Source: an uncultured Bacteroidota bacterium (GTDB lineage: Bacteria; Bacteroidota; Ignavibacteria; UBA10030; UBA6906). Taken from it: a stretch of DNA of 64,000 bases. The translations under genes and the position numbers were made by a program. Shown here one piece after another: positions 10,220-19,847 of the stretch (positions are counted from its first letter, which is position 1; each line of letters begins with the position of its first letter). The stretch lies in NCBI GenBank assembly GCA_963700635.1, contig CAVOYH010000003.1, forward strand, positions 864,001 to 928,000. Reading direction: 5' to 3'. The notes under the pieces were generated by a model, which was given only the letters and a program-made list of their open reading frames with translations, ran no database searches and had not been told where the DNA came from.

Positions 10220-10594
10220 ATGGCAGACAAACAATCCAGCAGTGAACTAAGCCTTGTCGGGACGGGAACCGTGGTGGAAGGTAAAATCAAGACCGAAGGG
10301 AGTATCCGGATTGACGGAAAACTTATCGGTGATCTTGCCTCAAAAGCAAACGTTGCGGTTGGCTTGAGTGGCACGGTCGAGGGAAATCTCAGCGGCAAGA
10401 ATGTATCGCTCGCCGGAAAAGTGGTGGGCACGGTTGCTGCATCAGATAAACTGGTCCTTGAACCAAAATCTGTCGTCAAGGGTGATATCAGGGCTACCCG
10501 ACTGGTGGTGGATGAGGGGGCTGTGTTCGACGGCCAATGCCTCATGAATCCGGCTTCGTCCCCTGCTAAGCCTGACGGGAAACGCGATACGTGA
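10220..10594 (+). CDS. Bactofilin (polymer-forming cytoskeletal protein, CcmA family)
   Basis: Beta-helix repeats GT.VEG.I.TEGSIRIDG...V.GDI....LVVDEGAVFDG.C. GAGGAG RBS. Confidence 0.92.
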   Translation: MADKQSSSELSLVGTGTVVEGKIKTEGSIRIDGKLIGDLASKANVAVGLSGTVEGNLSGKNVSLAGKVVGTVAASDKLVLEPKSVVKGDIRATRLVVDEGAVFDGQCLMNPASSPAKPDGKRDT

Positions 10595-10597
10595 CCC

Positions 10598-10855
10598 ATG
10601 TCCGATCCCGGCAATGCGAAAGGTGGACCCGGGAACTGGCGCAGCGAACTCGGTCCGTTCCTGACGATGGGCATGGAGCTCGCCTTTGCCGTCGTGGGGA
10701 TGTTCTTTGTCGGGCGCTGGATCGACACCTGGCTGGAAATTACTCCGTGGGGGATGTACGGCGGACTGCTTCTGGGTGTGGTGGGAGGGTTTCTCCGTTT
10801 CTTCCGGCGGGCAATGTCCATGGGCAGCAGCGGCCAACAGAAACGGGAGCGGTAA
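10598..10855 (+). CDS. AtpZ/AtpI (ATPase gene 1) family membrane protein
   Basis: G.ELA.AV...FF.GRW.D.WL...PWG...G.LLG pattern, located upstream of atpB. Confidence 0.85.
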   Translation: MSDPGNAKGGPGNWRSELGPFLTMGMELAFAVVGMFFVGRWIDTWLEITPWGMYGGLLLGVVGGFLRFFRRAMSMGSSGQQKRER

Positions 10856-10856
10856 C

Positions 10857-11246
10857 GTGAAGGTGATGCGACAATTTGCCCTGGCGGTGGGCCTCGTGTT
10901 TGCCGTCAGCATCCTCTGCGCCGCGTATCCGATGCTCCGGTATGCCTCCGATGAGGTTCTGATTGCGGCACTGACGGGGGCTGTGTTAAGTACGGTCAAC
11001 GTGCTGGTAGGGTTTCTTGCCATTCAGTTGACGCTTCACAGATCCTATACGACTTTTTTGAAGGCGGTGCTGGGGGGAATGGGCGTGCGCATGGCAGGGA
11101 TGCTGGGATTGTTACTGCTGCTCATCCTGGTCGCGCGCATGCATGCGGTGGCATTGACGGTATCCGTCATCGCATACTCACTCGTGTATCTTGTACTGGA
11201 GATTGTCTTTATCCAGAAAATGGTCCAGGTTAAGAATCAAGGATAG
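10857..11246 (+). CDS. ATP synthase protein I-like 4-TM protein
   Basis: Four hydrophobic helices with GGMGVR, immediately before atpB. Start is GTG 10857 or ATG 10866. Confidence 0.7.
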   Translation: MKVMRQFALAVGLVFAVSILCAAYPMLRYASDEVLIAALTGAVLSTVNVLVGFLAIQLTLHRSYTTFLKAVLGGMGVRMAGMLGLLLLLILVARMHAVALTVSVIAYSLVYLVLEIVFIQKMVQVKNQG

Positions 11247-11252
11247 GTCAGC

Positions 11253-12134
11253 GTGCCTTTTATCGGATCCCCCGTTGCTTCTGACTCTCTGCATCTCGCT
11301 CATCCCGGCGAGTCCAATCTTTTCGCAGAGCTGCTGCACCACGTCCAGGATTCCCGCGAGCTGGACACGCCGTTCGGACACATAACCCTCCCGGTTCTGC
11401 CGTCGTTCACGGTCGGGGGCGTGACGTTCGACATGTCGCTCTCGAAGCATGTGGTGTTTCTCTGGGTTGCAGCGCTCCTGCTCTGTCTGGTAGCGGCTCT
11501 GGTGGCGCGGAAGAATTCACGCCGGGAGGTTCCGCGGGGATTCGGAAACCTCGTGGAAGTGTTCATTGTCTTCGTCCGCGACGAGATCGTCCTGCCGAAT
11601 ATGGGAACGGCCGGGCTCAAGTATCTTCCGTACCTGCTGACAACGTTCTTCTACATTCTGCTGATGAACCTTCTTGGATTGATTCCGTACGGGGCATCGG
11701 CGACAGGGAATGTGAATGTGACGGCCGGACTGGCACTCATCGCCTTTGTGATGATACAGGTTTCCGGAATCCGCGCTCAGGGGGTGAAACATTATCTTGC
11801 GCACCTCACGGGCGGGGTGCACTGGTCGCTCTGGCCGATCATGGTTCCCATCGAGATACTCGGGCTGTTCACAAAACCTTTTGCCCTGTGCATCCGGTTG
11901 TTTGCGAACATGACCGGCGGACACATTGTGCTCGTTTCCCTGATCGGGCTGATTTTCATCTTCCGGTCATACATCATTGCGGTTGCTCCGGCAGGATTTG
12001 TCGTTGCGATCAATTTCCTGGAGATCTTTGTAGCGGTTTTGCAGGCGTACATTTTTACCATGTTAACAGCGTTGTTTATGGGCCTGGGCATGCAAGCGGA
12101 AGGGCATGGAGAAGCGGAAGGCCACGGGCATTGA
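11253..12134 (+). CDS. atpB: F0F1 ATP synthase subunit a
   Basis: NLLGLIP, ATGNVN, KPFALCIRLFANM (essential Arg) and LQAYIFT. Confidence 0.97.
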   Translation: MPFIGSPVASDSLHLAHPGESNLFAELLHHVQDSRELDTPFGHITLPVLPSFTVGGVTFDMSLSKHVVFLWVAALLLCLVAALVARKNSRREVPRGFGNLVEVFIVFVRDEIVLPNMGTAGLKYLPYLLTTFFYILLMNLLGLIPYGASATGNVNVTAGLALIAFVMIQVSGIRAQGVKHYLAHLTGGVHWSLWPIMVPIEILGLFTKPFALCIRLFANMTGGHIVLVSLIGLIFIFRSYIIAVAPAGFVVAINFLEIFVAVLQAYIFTMLTALFMGLGMQAEGHGEAEGHGH

Positions 12135-12170
12135 TCGAACACTCATCATTTCATTCTCTGGAGGAATAAT

Positions 12171-12398
12171 ATGGAACCCACCGCATTCGGTTACCTGGCA
12201 GCAGGCCTCGGCGCCGCGCTCACTGTTATCGGTGCAGGGCTTGGGATCGGCAAGCTTGCCGCCGCAGCAATGGAAGCCAGCGGCCGGCAACCTGAAGTCG
12301 CCGGACAGGTCCGGACCTCAATGCTGATCGCCGCCGCACTGATTGAAGGCGCGACATTCTTTGCTCTTGCAATCTGCATCATTCTTGCCACAAAGTAA
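12171..12398 (+). CDS. atpE: F0F1 ATP synthase subunit c
   Basis: GAGLGIG, RQPE loop and ALIEG carboxylate. GGAGG RBS. Confidence 0.98.
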   Translation: MEPTAFGYLAAGLGAALTVIGAGLGIGKLAAAAMEASGRQPEVAGQVRTSMLIAAALIEGATFFALAICIILATK

Positions 12399-12416
12399 CC
12401 GGGAACGGAACGACCG

Positions 12417-12902
12417 ATGCTCGATATTAATCCTGGACTCATTCTCTGGACGATCATCACCTTTGTGATCGTTCTGGTGATTCTGCGCGTCACAGCCTGG
12501 AAGCCGATGCTGGCCGCCCTTGCGACGCGCGAAGACAAGATTCGCTCTTCACTTCAGGAAGCCCGGGAAGCGCAGGAACAGGGCCGGGCGCTCCTTGAAG
12601 AAAACCGCAAACAGCTGGCACTTGCCGAAGAGCAGTCGCAACGGATCATCAAGGAGGGGCGCGATTTGGGAGAGCGGCTGAAAGCCGAGATTCTGGAAAA
12701 AGCCAATTCCTCGGCCAGGCATGCTATCGCGCAAGCCCACGAGGAAATTCAACGGGAAAAGGAGAGCGCGCTGACACAGCTTCGGACCGAGGTTGCAGAT
12801 CTGGCGATCCTTGCCGCGGGCAAGATTCTTGATGCAAATCTGGACACGGCAAAACAGCGCGCGCTGGTGGACGCCGTGATCCGCGACATCAATAAAGGAT
12901 AA
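12417..12902 (+). CDS. atpF: F0F1 ATP synthase subunit b
   Basis: PGLILWT..TF TM segment, AWKP...L..RE..I, long coiled coil. Confidence 0.96.
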   Translation: MLDINPGLILWTIITFVIVLVILRVTAWKPMLAALATREDKIRSSLQEAREAQEQGRALLEENRKQLALAEEQSQRIIKEGRDLGERLKAEILEKANSSARHAIAQAHEEIQREKESALTQLRTEVADLAILAAGKILDANLDTAKQRALVDAVIRDINKG

Positions 12903-12908
12903 GAGCAG

Positions 12909-13463
12909 ATGCGCTCCACCCGTGTGGCCCGACGATATGCACAGGCACTTATGACCACCGCCGAAGAACTCCGGGTCCTCGACGCGACGGCCGCTGATGT
13001 TGAAATGATCGGCAGCATCGTTCACAGCTCCCGGGAGTTCCGTCTCTTCCTCAACAGCCCTGTCGTATCCATCCCGCGCAAAAAAGCAGTACTGCACGAG
13101 TTGTTCGGCACGCAGGTGAGTCCGGCCACGCTGTCGTTTCTTGATCTGATTGTAAAAAAACAACGTGAGCAGTTGTTGCCCGAAATTGTAGAACAGTTCG
13201 TGGCCCTGCGTGATACCAGAATGGGGATCGTGCAGGTAGAAGTTATCACTGCGGTGGAATTGCTGCCCCAGCAGGTGCGCGCGCTGCAGAACGAACTGGA
13301 AGGACAAACCGGAAAAAGCGTCCGGTTACATATGGTGTCCGATCCCTCCATCCGCGGCGGTCTGGTGGTGCGTATCGGCGATACTGTTCTGAATGCAAGC
13401 CTGACGCACCAGCTTGAGCGCTTGCGGGAACGATTTGTCCGGGGAGCATCGCTCCCCCACTGA
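12909..13463 (+). CDS. atpH: F0F1 ATP synthase subunit delta
   Basis: VARRYAQAL and [14 protein letters not shown]. Confidence 0.96.
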   Translation: MRSTRVARRYAQALMTTAEELRVLDATAADVEMIGSIVHSSREFRLFLNSPVVSIPRKKAVLHELFGTQVSPATLSFLDLIVKKQREQLLPEIVEQFVALRDTRMGIVQVEVITAVELLPQQVRALQNELEGQTGKSVRLHMVSDPSIRGGLVVRIGDTVLNASLTHQLERLRERFVRGASLPH

Positions 13464-13488
13464 GAATGATCATCTGAAGGACCTGGCA

Positions 13489-15045
13489 ATGGCTGAAGTA
13501 CGACCGGAAGAAGTATCCGCCATCCTGCGCAAACAACTGGCGGGATTCGAAAAAGAGGTTGATGTCTACGATGTTGGCACGGTCCTGCAGGTGGGCGACG
13601 GTGTCGCGCGCGTGTACGGGCTTACCAAAGCCCTGATGAGCGAACTCATCGAATTTCCCCACGGCGTGTTCGGTATGGTGCTGAATCTCGAAGAGGACAA
13701 TGTCGGGTGTATGCTGTTCGGTGAAGTCAGTAAGATCAAGGAAGGTGATACGGTCAAACGGACCGGTCGTGTGGCCTCCCTGCCGGTGGGAGAACAGATG
13801 CTCGGACGCGTGATCAACGCGCTGGGTTTTCCTGCCGACGGCCGCGGACCAATCCACACCGAAACATATATGCCGATCGAGCGCAAGGCCCTCGGCGTCA
13901 TCCAGCGCCAGCCTGTAAAAGAACCACTGCAAACCGGTATCAAAGCAGTGGACGGTATGATCCCGATTGGCCGCGGGCAGCGTGAGCTGATCATCGGCGA
14001 CCGGCAGACGGGAAAAACCGCAGTCGCGCTTGACGCGATCATCAACCAGCGTTATACCCATACTCCGGAAGCAAAAGAGCAGGGGATCCAACCGGTCTAC
14101 TGTATTTACGTTGCCATCGGGCAGAAGAGTTCAACGGTTGCGCAGGTCGTGGACAAGCTCCAGCAGGAGGGGGCGATGGCATTCACGGCGGTGATTGCCG
14201 CGACCGCCGCAGATCCTGCGTCCATGCAGTATCTTGCCCCCTATGCCGGTGCCACGCTGGGCGAGTACTTCCGCGATAGTGGCCGGCATGCACTCGTTGT
14301 GTATGACGATCTCACAAAACAGGCCCAGGCCTATCGCCAGGTTTCTCTTCTCCTGCGGCGGCCGCCAGGACGCGAAGCATATCCGGGTGATGTCTTTTAC
14401 CTCCATTCCCGCCTCCTCGAACGGTCCAGCAAGCTCAGCAACGAACTCGGCGGAGGCAGTCTCACCGCCTTCCCGGTCATTGAAACTCAGGCCGGCGACG
14501 TCTCGGCGTATATCCCCACGAACGTGATTTCCATTACAGACGGACAGATTTATCTCGAGCCGGGTATGTTTAACGCCGGCATCCGTCCGGCTATCAACGT
14601 CGGAATTTCCGTCTCCCGCGTCGGCGGAAGCGCTCAAATCAAAGCGATGCGCAAAGTTGCAGGACGTCTGCGCCTTGAACTTGCACAATATGCGGAGCTG
14701 GAGGCGTTTGCAAAATTCGGATCCGATCTGGACAAGTCTACTCTTGCTCAGCTCCGTCGCGGTTCGCGGCTGGTGGAGTTGCTGAAGCAGGGACAGTATG
14801 TGCCGATGCCGGTGGAAAAGCAGGTTGTGAGCATCTTTGCCGGCACGAGCGGATTTCTGGATGAGATCCCGCTGGATCAGGTGTTGCGGTTCGAGCACGA
14901 CCTGCTGGAATTGATGGAGCTTAAACACGCCGCGCTGATGAAGGAGATTGCGACGAAAAAAGATCTCTCGGAAACCCTCACCTCTTCGTTAACGACCGTT
15001 CTGACAGAATTTACGGCATCCTTCAAGGCGTCGGCGAAGGTATAA
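13489..15045 (+). CDS. atpA: F0F1 ATP synthase subunit alpha
   Basis: [31 protein letters not shown] and [12 protein letters not shown]. Confidence 0.99.
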   Translation: MAEVRPEEVSAILRKQLAGFEKEVDVYDVGTVLQVGDGVARVYGLTKALMSELIEFPHGVFGMVLNLEEDNVGCMLFGEVSKIKEGDTVKRTGRVASLPVGEQMLGRVINALGFPADGRGPIHTETYMPIERKALGVIQRQPVKEPLQTGIKAVDGMIPIGRGQRELIIGDRQTGKTAVALDAIINQRYTHTPEAKEQGIQPVYCIYVAIGQKSSTVAQVVDKLQQEGAMAFTAVIAATAADPASMQYLAPYAGATLGEYFRDSGRHALVVYDDLTKQAQAYRQVSLLLRRPPGREAYPGDVFYLHSRLLERSSKLSNELGGGSLTAFPVIETQAGDVSAYIPTNVISITDGQIYLEPGMFNAGIRPAINVGISVSRVGGSAQIKAMRKVAGRLRLELAQYAELEAFAKFGSDLDKSTLAQLRRGSRLVELLKQGQYVPMPVEKQVVSIFAGTSGFLDEIPLDQVLRFEHDLLELMELKHAALMKEIATKKDLSETLTSSLTTVLTEFTASFKASAKV

Positions 15046-15060
15046 GGGAACCCAGACACC

Positions 15061-15948
15061 ATGGCTACATTGCGAGATGTCAGGAACCGCATCAGCGGTG
15101 TCAAGAAGACGCAAAAGATCACCAAGGCGATGAAGATGGTGGCTGCGTCTAAGCTCCGCCGTGCACAAGCGGCCGTGTTCGGGGCCCGTCCCTATGCCCG
15201 CGGGATGAAAGAACTCCTGCAGCATCTGCTGCCCTCCATCGAACCGGGATCCGAGCCCCTTGTCACGGTACGCCCGTTACGCACGCTGGGGCTTGTGGTG
15301 GTCACTTCCGACCGGGGGATGTGCGGGGCATTTAATGCAAATATTTTACGGGCGGCCCAGGCACATATGGCCGCCGTAATGCCGGATTTCCGTACCACTT
15401 CATCAGTCCGGCTTTTCCTCATCGGAAAGAAGTCGAGCGACTTCTTTTCGAAACAACAACTTCCGATTGCGGCCAAACACCCCGGTTTTTTTAGTCATTT
15501 GAACTATGCAGAGGCCAAAGCCGTTGCCAGTGAAGTCCTTGACCTATTCCTGCGGGGGGAAATCGACCGGGTTGATGTAATCTATAACGAGTTTAAGTCT
15601 GCCGCCCAGCAACGTCTGGTTGTTGATCAATTCCTGCCGATTGTCCCGGAGGCTTCCCCTGCCGGAGTGGAGTCCAAGCATGCCGATCACATCTACGAGC
15701 CATCCCAGAAAGCCATTATTAGAGCCCTTCTTCCCCGTTTTTTGAATTTTACAATCTGGCGTATCCTCCTGGAGTCCAATGCTTCCGAGCAGGGCGCGCG
15801 GATGGCAGCCATGGAAAACGCAACGGAAAACGCAAGGGAAATGATCGAAACTCTTCAACTGCAGTACAATAAAGCCCGCCAGACTGCCATTACGAAAGAA
15901 CTGCTCGAAGTCGTATCAGGCGCGGAAGCCCAGAAAGTTGCCAGCTAA
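15061..15948 (+). CDS. atpG: F0F1 ATP synthase subunit gamma
   Basis: KITKAMKMVA, SDRGMCGAFN, ASEQGARM.AM and YNKARQ.AITKEL. Confidence 0.99.
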   Translation: MATLRDVRNRISGVKKTQKITKAMKMVAASKLRRAQAAVFGARPYARGMKELLQHLLPSIEPGSEPLVTVRPLRTLGLVVVTSDRGMCGAFNANILRAAQAHMAAVMPDFRTTSSVRLFLIGKKSSDFFSKQQLPIAAKHPGFFSHLNYAEAKAVASEVLDLFLRGEIDRVDVIYNEFKSAAQQRLVVDQFLPIVPEASPAGVESKHADHIYEPSQKAIIRALLPRFLNFTIWRILLESNASEQGARMAAMENATENAREMIETLQLQYNKARQTAITKELLEVVSGAEAQKVAS

Positions 15949-15986
15949 TATCGGTACGATCCCCGCTGGCTGACCGGCGGTGCAGG

Positions 15987-16015
15987 TTGCATACATTCCC
16001 CTTTTTCCTTATCTT
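15987..16015 (+). promoter_or_regulatory. sigma70-type promoter of the ffh-rpsP operon
   Basis: TTGCAT-N17-TATCTT. Confidence 0.6.
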
Positions 16016-16072
16016 ACCTATCCTTGGCACAAAACCGCCTGTTTGAGCGGTTAATTGGTTTTTGGATGACCT

Positions 16073-17401
16073 ATGTTTGAAGATCTTAGCAGAAAACTTG
16101 ATGATGTCCTGAAGCGGCTTCGCGGACAGGGCAAAATCTCCGAAGCGAATGTTGCGGAGACCCTCCGTGAGGTACGCCGGGTTCTCCTTGACGCCGACGT
16201 TAATTACAAGGTTGCACGTCAGTTTGTCGACGATGTCTTGCGTCGGGCGGTCGGTCAGGATGTACTCCACAGCATTACTCCCGGCCAGCTTATCATCAAG
16301 ATTATTCATGACGAATTGATCCGTGTCCTGGGAAGCCAGCATATCGGAATCACGTTCTCGCCCATGCCACCTACGGTTGTTATGGTTGCAGGGCTGCAGG
16401 GTTCTGGAAAGACGACATTTTGTGCGAAACTGGCACTGCACCTGAAAGGTCAGGGACGGTTTCCGTTGTTGGTTGCCGCGGACGTTCATCGTCCGGCCGC
16501 GATTGACCAACTGCAGGTGCTGGGGAAGCAGGTGGGGATCCCGGTCTTTGCTGATCGTGAGGCCGGGGCAGTCCGGGTGGCAGAACAGGCCGTTGAGCAC
16601 GCCCGTCAGAATGCACGGGATGTCGTGATCGTGGACACGGCCGGTCGACTGCATGTGGACGAAGACATGATGCGGGAAGCGGAAGCCGTACGAACCGCGA
16701 TCCAACCGCACGAGATTTTGTTCGTGGTAGATGCCATGACAGGGCAGGATGCGGTCAATACCGCCATGGCATTCCATCAGCGGTTGCGGTATGACGGTGC
16801 GGTTCTGACCAAAATGGATGGTGACGCACGCGGTGGCGCCGCCATCTCCATGCGTGCGACGACAGGCGTGCCGATCAAGTTTATCGGCACCGGCGAGAAG
16901 CCGGATGCGCTCGAAAAATTCCACCCCGAACGCCTTGCGTCCCGTATCCTCGGCATGGGCGATATCGTGACCCTGGTGGAGAAGGCGCAGGAAAGTCTTG
17001 ACGAAAACAAAGCGGTTCAGCTCGAGGCAAAACTCCGCAAGTCGCAGTTTACGCTCGAAGACTTCCTTGACCAGCTGCAGGAAGTAAAAAAGATGGGTCC
17101 GCTCAATCAGGTGCTGGGTATGTTGCCCGGGATGCACCGGCTGCCGGAGAACGCGAGTGTGGACGAAAAAGCGCTTGTGCGGATTGAGGCGATGATCCAG
17201 TCCATGACACTGGAAGAGCGTCGGCGTCCGCAGCTCCTGAACGGGAGCCGGCGGAAGAGAATAGCGCAGGGGAGCGGTTGTACGGTGCAGGATTTGAACA
17301 AACTGATGAAGCAATATGAGCAGATGCAGCGGATGATGAAGACCTTCAGCAAGGGTGGGAAGTTCGGCCGGATGGCCAAAGGGATGCGTATTCAATCATA
17401 G
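16073..17401 (+). CDS. ffh: Signal recognition particle protein Ffh
   Basis: GLQGSGKTT, DTAGR, TKMDGDARGGAA, RILGMGD and M-domain SRRKRIAQGSG. Confidence 0.99.
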   Translation: MFEDLSRKLDDVLKRLRGQGKISEANVAETLREVRRVLLDADVNYKVARQFVDDVLRRAVGQDVLHSITPGQLIIKIIHDELIRVLGSQHIGITFSPMPPTVVMVAGLQGSGKTTFCAKLALHLKGQGRFPLLVAADVHRPAAIDQLQVLGKQVGIPVFADREAGAVRVAEQAVEHARQNARDVVIVDTAGRLHVDEDMMREAEAVRTAIQPHEILFVVDAMTGQDAVNTAMAFHQRLRYDGAVLTKMDGDARGGAAISMRATTGVPIKFIGTGEKPDALEKFHPERLASRILGMGDIVTLVEKAQESLDENKAVQLEAKLRKSQFTLEDFLDQLQEVKKMGPLNQVLGMLPGMHRLPENASVDEKALVRIEAMIQSMTLEERRRPQLLNGSRRKRIAQGSGCTVQDLNKLMKQYEQMQRMMKTFSKGGKFGRMAKGMRIQS

Positions 17402-17424
17402 TAGCAGATTAAAGGAGAACCACG

Positions 17425-17871
17425 GTGGCAGTACGATTGCGTTTGCGGCGAATCGGCAAGAAAAAAATGCCGATGTATCAGATTGTGGCGGCTGATTCGC
17501 GCACGGCCCGGAACGGCCGCTTTCTCGAAGTTGTTGGAAGATATGAACCCCAACGCGAACCGCTGGTGATCGAAACAAAAGAGACCCGAGTGTTCCACTG
17601 GCTGAAGAACGGTGCGCGGCCAACCGATACGGTCCGCAGCCTCTTCCAGCGAAATGGCCTCTGGCTCAAATGGGATCTTACCAGGCGCGGCAAGGACGAC
17701 ACTACCATTGCCGCCGCGATGGAGAAATGGCAGCTTGCTCAGGCTGATCGCGTCCTCCGTGATGCGGAACGTAAAGCCCGGCGGGCGGCCGCAAGGCGGA
17801 AAGCGGCAAAGAGCGCCACAAAGGAAGGCGAGCCGGTACCAGCTCCGGCAACGGAAGTGGCACCTTCCTGA
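17425..17871 (+). CDS. rpsP: 30S ribosomal protein S16 (C-terminally extended)
   Basis: VRLRLRRIGKKK.P.YQIVAADSR..RNGRFLE and GARPTDTV. GTG start with AAGGAG RBS. Confidence 0.97.
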   Translation: MAVRLRLRRIGKKKMPMYQIVAADSRTARNGRFLEVVGRYEPQREPLVIETKETRVFHWLKNGARPTDTVRSLFQRNGLWLKWDLTRRGKDDTTIAAAMEKWQLAQADRVLRDAERKARRAAARRKAAKSATKEGEPVPAPATEVAPS

Positions 17872-17999
17872 GTACAATGAGCGGCGCTCTGCAGGACAAG
17901 ATGGTACGGTGAAGAATCAGGCGCAATGCCTGAGGGACCCGGGGGGAGGGAACAACTGACGAGGGTTGTTAGTGCACGGAAGAGTCCCATGGAGGGTTG

Positions 18000-18230
18000 A
18001 TGGAAGAGTTCCTTGAATTTGTCGCCAGGCGACTCGTGGAGCAGCCGGACGGTGTAACCGTCCACCGGGAAGAAAAAGACGATAAAATCGTCTATCGCCT
18101 GGAAGTGGCAGAACCGGATATCGGCAAGGTGATCGGGCGAAACGGAAGAACGGCCCAGGCCCTCCGAGTCCTGCTCGCTGCCGTCGCTGCTCGTGAAGGA
18201 AAACGCGCCATTCTGGAAATCGTGGATTGA
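18000..18230 (+). CDS. khpA: KH-domain RNA-binding protein KhpA
   Basis: DIGKVIGRNGRTAQALR, in the canonical rpsP-khpA-rimM position. Confidence 0.93.
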   Translation: MEEFLEFVARRLVEQPDGVTVHREEKDDKIVYRLEVAEPDIGKVIGRNGRTAQALRVLLAAVAAREGKRAILEIVD

Positions 18231-18769
18231 GTCCTGCTGTTCGTGAATTACTTGCTGTCGGACGTATCGTCAAGGCCTTCGGTATCCGGGGTGACGTGAT
18301 TGTGCGGCCGATGACTGATAATCCGGACCGTTTCCGGACACTAAAGCACGTGTTTCTCGGTCGGCATGAAGATGTGGTGCGGCAGGCCGACACACCGGCT
18401 GAACAAACCACGATTGAGTATGTGCATATTGATGCGCGTGGCGTGCGGCTCCGGTTGAGTTCAATTCCCGACCGCACAGCCGCAGAACGTAGTGTAGGCC
18501 TGCTCCTGCTGATTGCACAGACTGACCGGGTCCATCTTGAGGAAGGCCGGTACTTCGTACACGAGTTGGTCGGCCTTACCGTCGTGAACGAAGGTGGTGA
18601 AACGCTGGGCATCCTGGCCGAAGTTATGCGGATGCCTGCCCATGATGTGTATGTGGTCCGGACGGAAGAACATGAGTTTATGATACCTGCCGTCAGCGAG
18701 TTTGTGCGTGCCGTGGATATGGGCGCGCGGACCATGACGGTGAGACTTATCGACGGAATGCTGGGTTGA
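18227..18769 (+). CDS. rimM: Ribosome maturation factor RimM
   Basis: GRIVKAFGIRG, YFVHELVGL and MIPAV; PRC barrel; synteny. Confidence 0.95.
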   Translation: MSPAVRELLAVGRIVKAFGIRGDVIVRPMTDNPDRFRTLKHVFLGRHEDVVRQADTPAEQTTIEYVHIDARGVRLRLSSIPDRTAAERSVGLLLLIAQTDRVHLEEGRYFVHELVGLTVVNEGGETLGILAEVMRMPAHDVYVVRTEEHEFMIPAVSEFVRAVDMGARTMTVRLIDGMLG

Positions 18770-19449
18770 TGCGGATCGATGTGGTGACGGGTTTTCCCCG
18801 GCTTGTGGAAGGACCGCTGGGGGAAAGTATGATAAAACGTGCGCAGGATCTGGGCCTCGCACAGATCGTCGTTCATGATTTACGGCATTTTACAGCTGAC
18901 CGCCATCATACCATCGACGACACCCCCTTCGGCGGAGGGGCGGGGATGGTGCTGAAACCCGAGCCGGTGTTCGCCTGTATCGAACACCTGCAGGCAGAAC
19001 GACACTACGATGCGGTGGTGTACCTGACGGCCGATGGCGAACCGCTTACACAGCCGCTGGCCAATGAGCTTTCGCTGCACACCAGTCTGGTGTTGCTCTG
19101 CGGACACTACAAGGGAGTTGATGACCGTATCCGCCAGCAGCTTGTAACGCGTGAAATATCGATTGGCGATTATGTCCTGACAGGCGGTGAACTTCCGGCC
19201 CTGGTTCTGATCGACGCGATGGTGCGGTTGCTTCCGGGTGTGTTGCATGATGGTACCTCACTCCTGAACGATTCATTTCAGGATGGTCTGCTGGATGCGC
19301 CGCAATATACACGGCCTGCTGAATTCCGGAACATGCGGGTCCCCGATGTCCTGTTATCGGGAAACCACGAAGAGATTGACCGCTGGCGGCAGGATCAACG
19401 GCTCCAGCGTACCCGGCAGCGACGGATGGATTTGTTGAATGAATACTGA
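18769..19449 (+). CDS. trmD: tRNA (guanine37-N1)-methyltransferase TrmD
   Basis: DDTPFGGGAGMV, CGHYKGVD, SIGDYVLTGGE and PQYTRP. Confidence 0.98.
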   Translation: MRIDVVTGFPRLVEGPLGESMIKRAQDLGLAQIVVHDLRHFTADRHHTIDDTPFGGGAGMVLKPEPVFACIEHLQAERHYDAVVYLTADGEPLTQPLANELSLHTSLVLLCGHYKGVDDRIRQQLVTREISIGDYVLTGGELPALVLIDAMVRLLPGVLHDGTSLLNDSFQDGLLDAPQYTRPAEFRNMRVPDVLLSGNHEEIDRWRQDQRLQRTRQRRMDLLNEY

Positions 19450-19471
19450 CACATTTTTCCCTTAGGAGACG

Positions 19472-19816
19472 ATGATGGACAAGATCAAGCTTGTTGAAGC
19501 CACGCAGCTGAAGACCGGGATTCCGGACTTTGGACCGGGCGACACGATCAACGTGCACGTGCGCGTGGTCGAAGGTGACAAAGAACGCGTTCAGCAATTT
19601 CAGGGGGTGGTACTCGCCCGCCGCGGTGCAGGGATGAATGCCACCTTCACGGTCCGCAAGATCTCCGACGGTATCGGTGTGGAAAGGATTTTCCCGCTGC
19701 ACTCCCCCCGCATCGCGAAAATTGATCGGGTAAAACAAGGGTCAGTGCGACGTGCGAAACTCTACTATTTGCGCGAGCTGGCCAGCAAAGCTATCCGACA
19801 GAAGACCAACGCCTGA
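19472..19816 (+). CDS. rplS: 50S ribosomal protein L19
   Basis: [26 protein letters not shown] and [10 protein letters not shown]. Confidence 0.99.
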   Translation: MMDKIKLVEATQLKTGIPDFGPGDTINVHVRVVEGDKERVQQFQGVVLARRGAGMNATFTVRKISDGIGVERIFPLHSPRIAKIDRVKQGSVRRAKLYYLRELASKAIRQKTNA

Positions 19817-19847
19817 CCATCGTCGTGTGTGTGAAACGCGGTAGCTC

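Noticed and set aside
12171-12398. Na+-translocating or N-type ATPase
   Set aside because: Subunit c lacks the Na+-binding Q/E..ES/T signature, and gene order plus atpH fit a normal F-type enzyme.
13441-13457. GGGGAGC-atc-GCTCCCC hairpin at the end of atpH
   Set aside because: Lies within coding sequence and has no U-tract. At most a stabilising or processing stem.
16025-16052. TGGCAC sigma54-like box and a small AACCGC/GCGGTT hairpin in the ffh leader
   Set aside because: No correctly spaced -12 TTGC. A 6-bp stem is too weak to call an RNA element without covariation.
15890-17395. 501-aa antisense ORF opposite ffh (similar long ORFs lie opposite rimM, cobB, rlmD, atpA and the 7TM-HD gene)
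   Set aside because: Shadow ORFs expected from GC-rich codon usage. They show no motifs, RBS or promoter.
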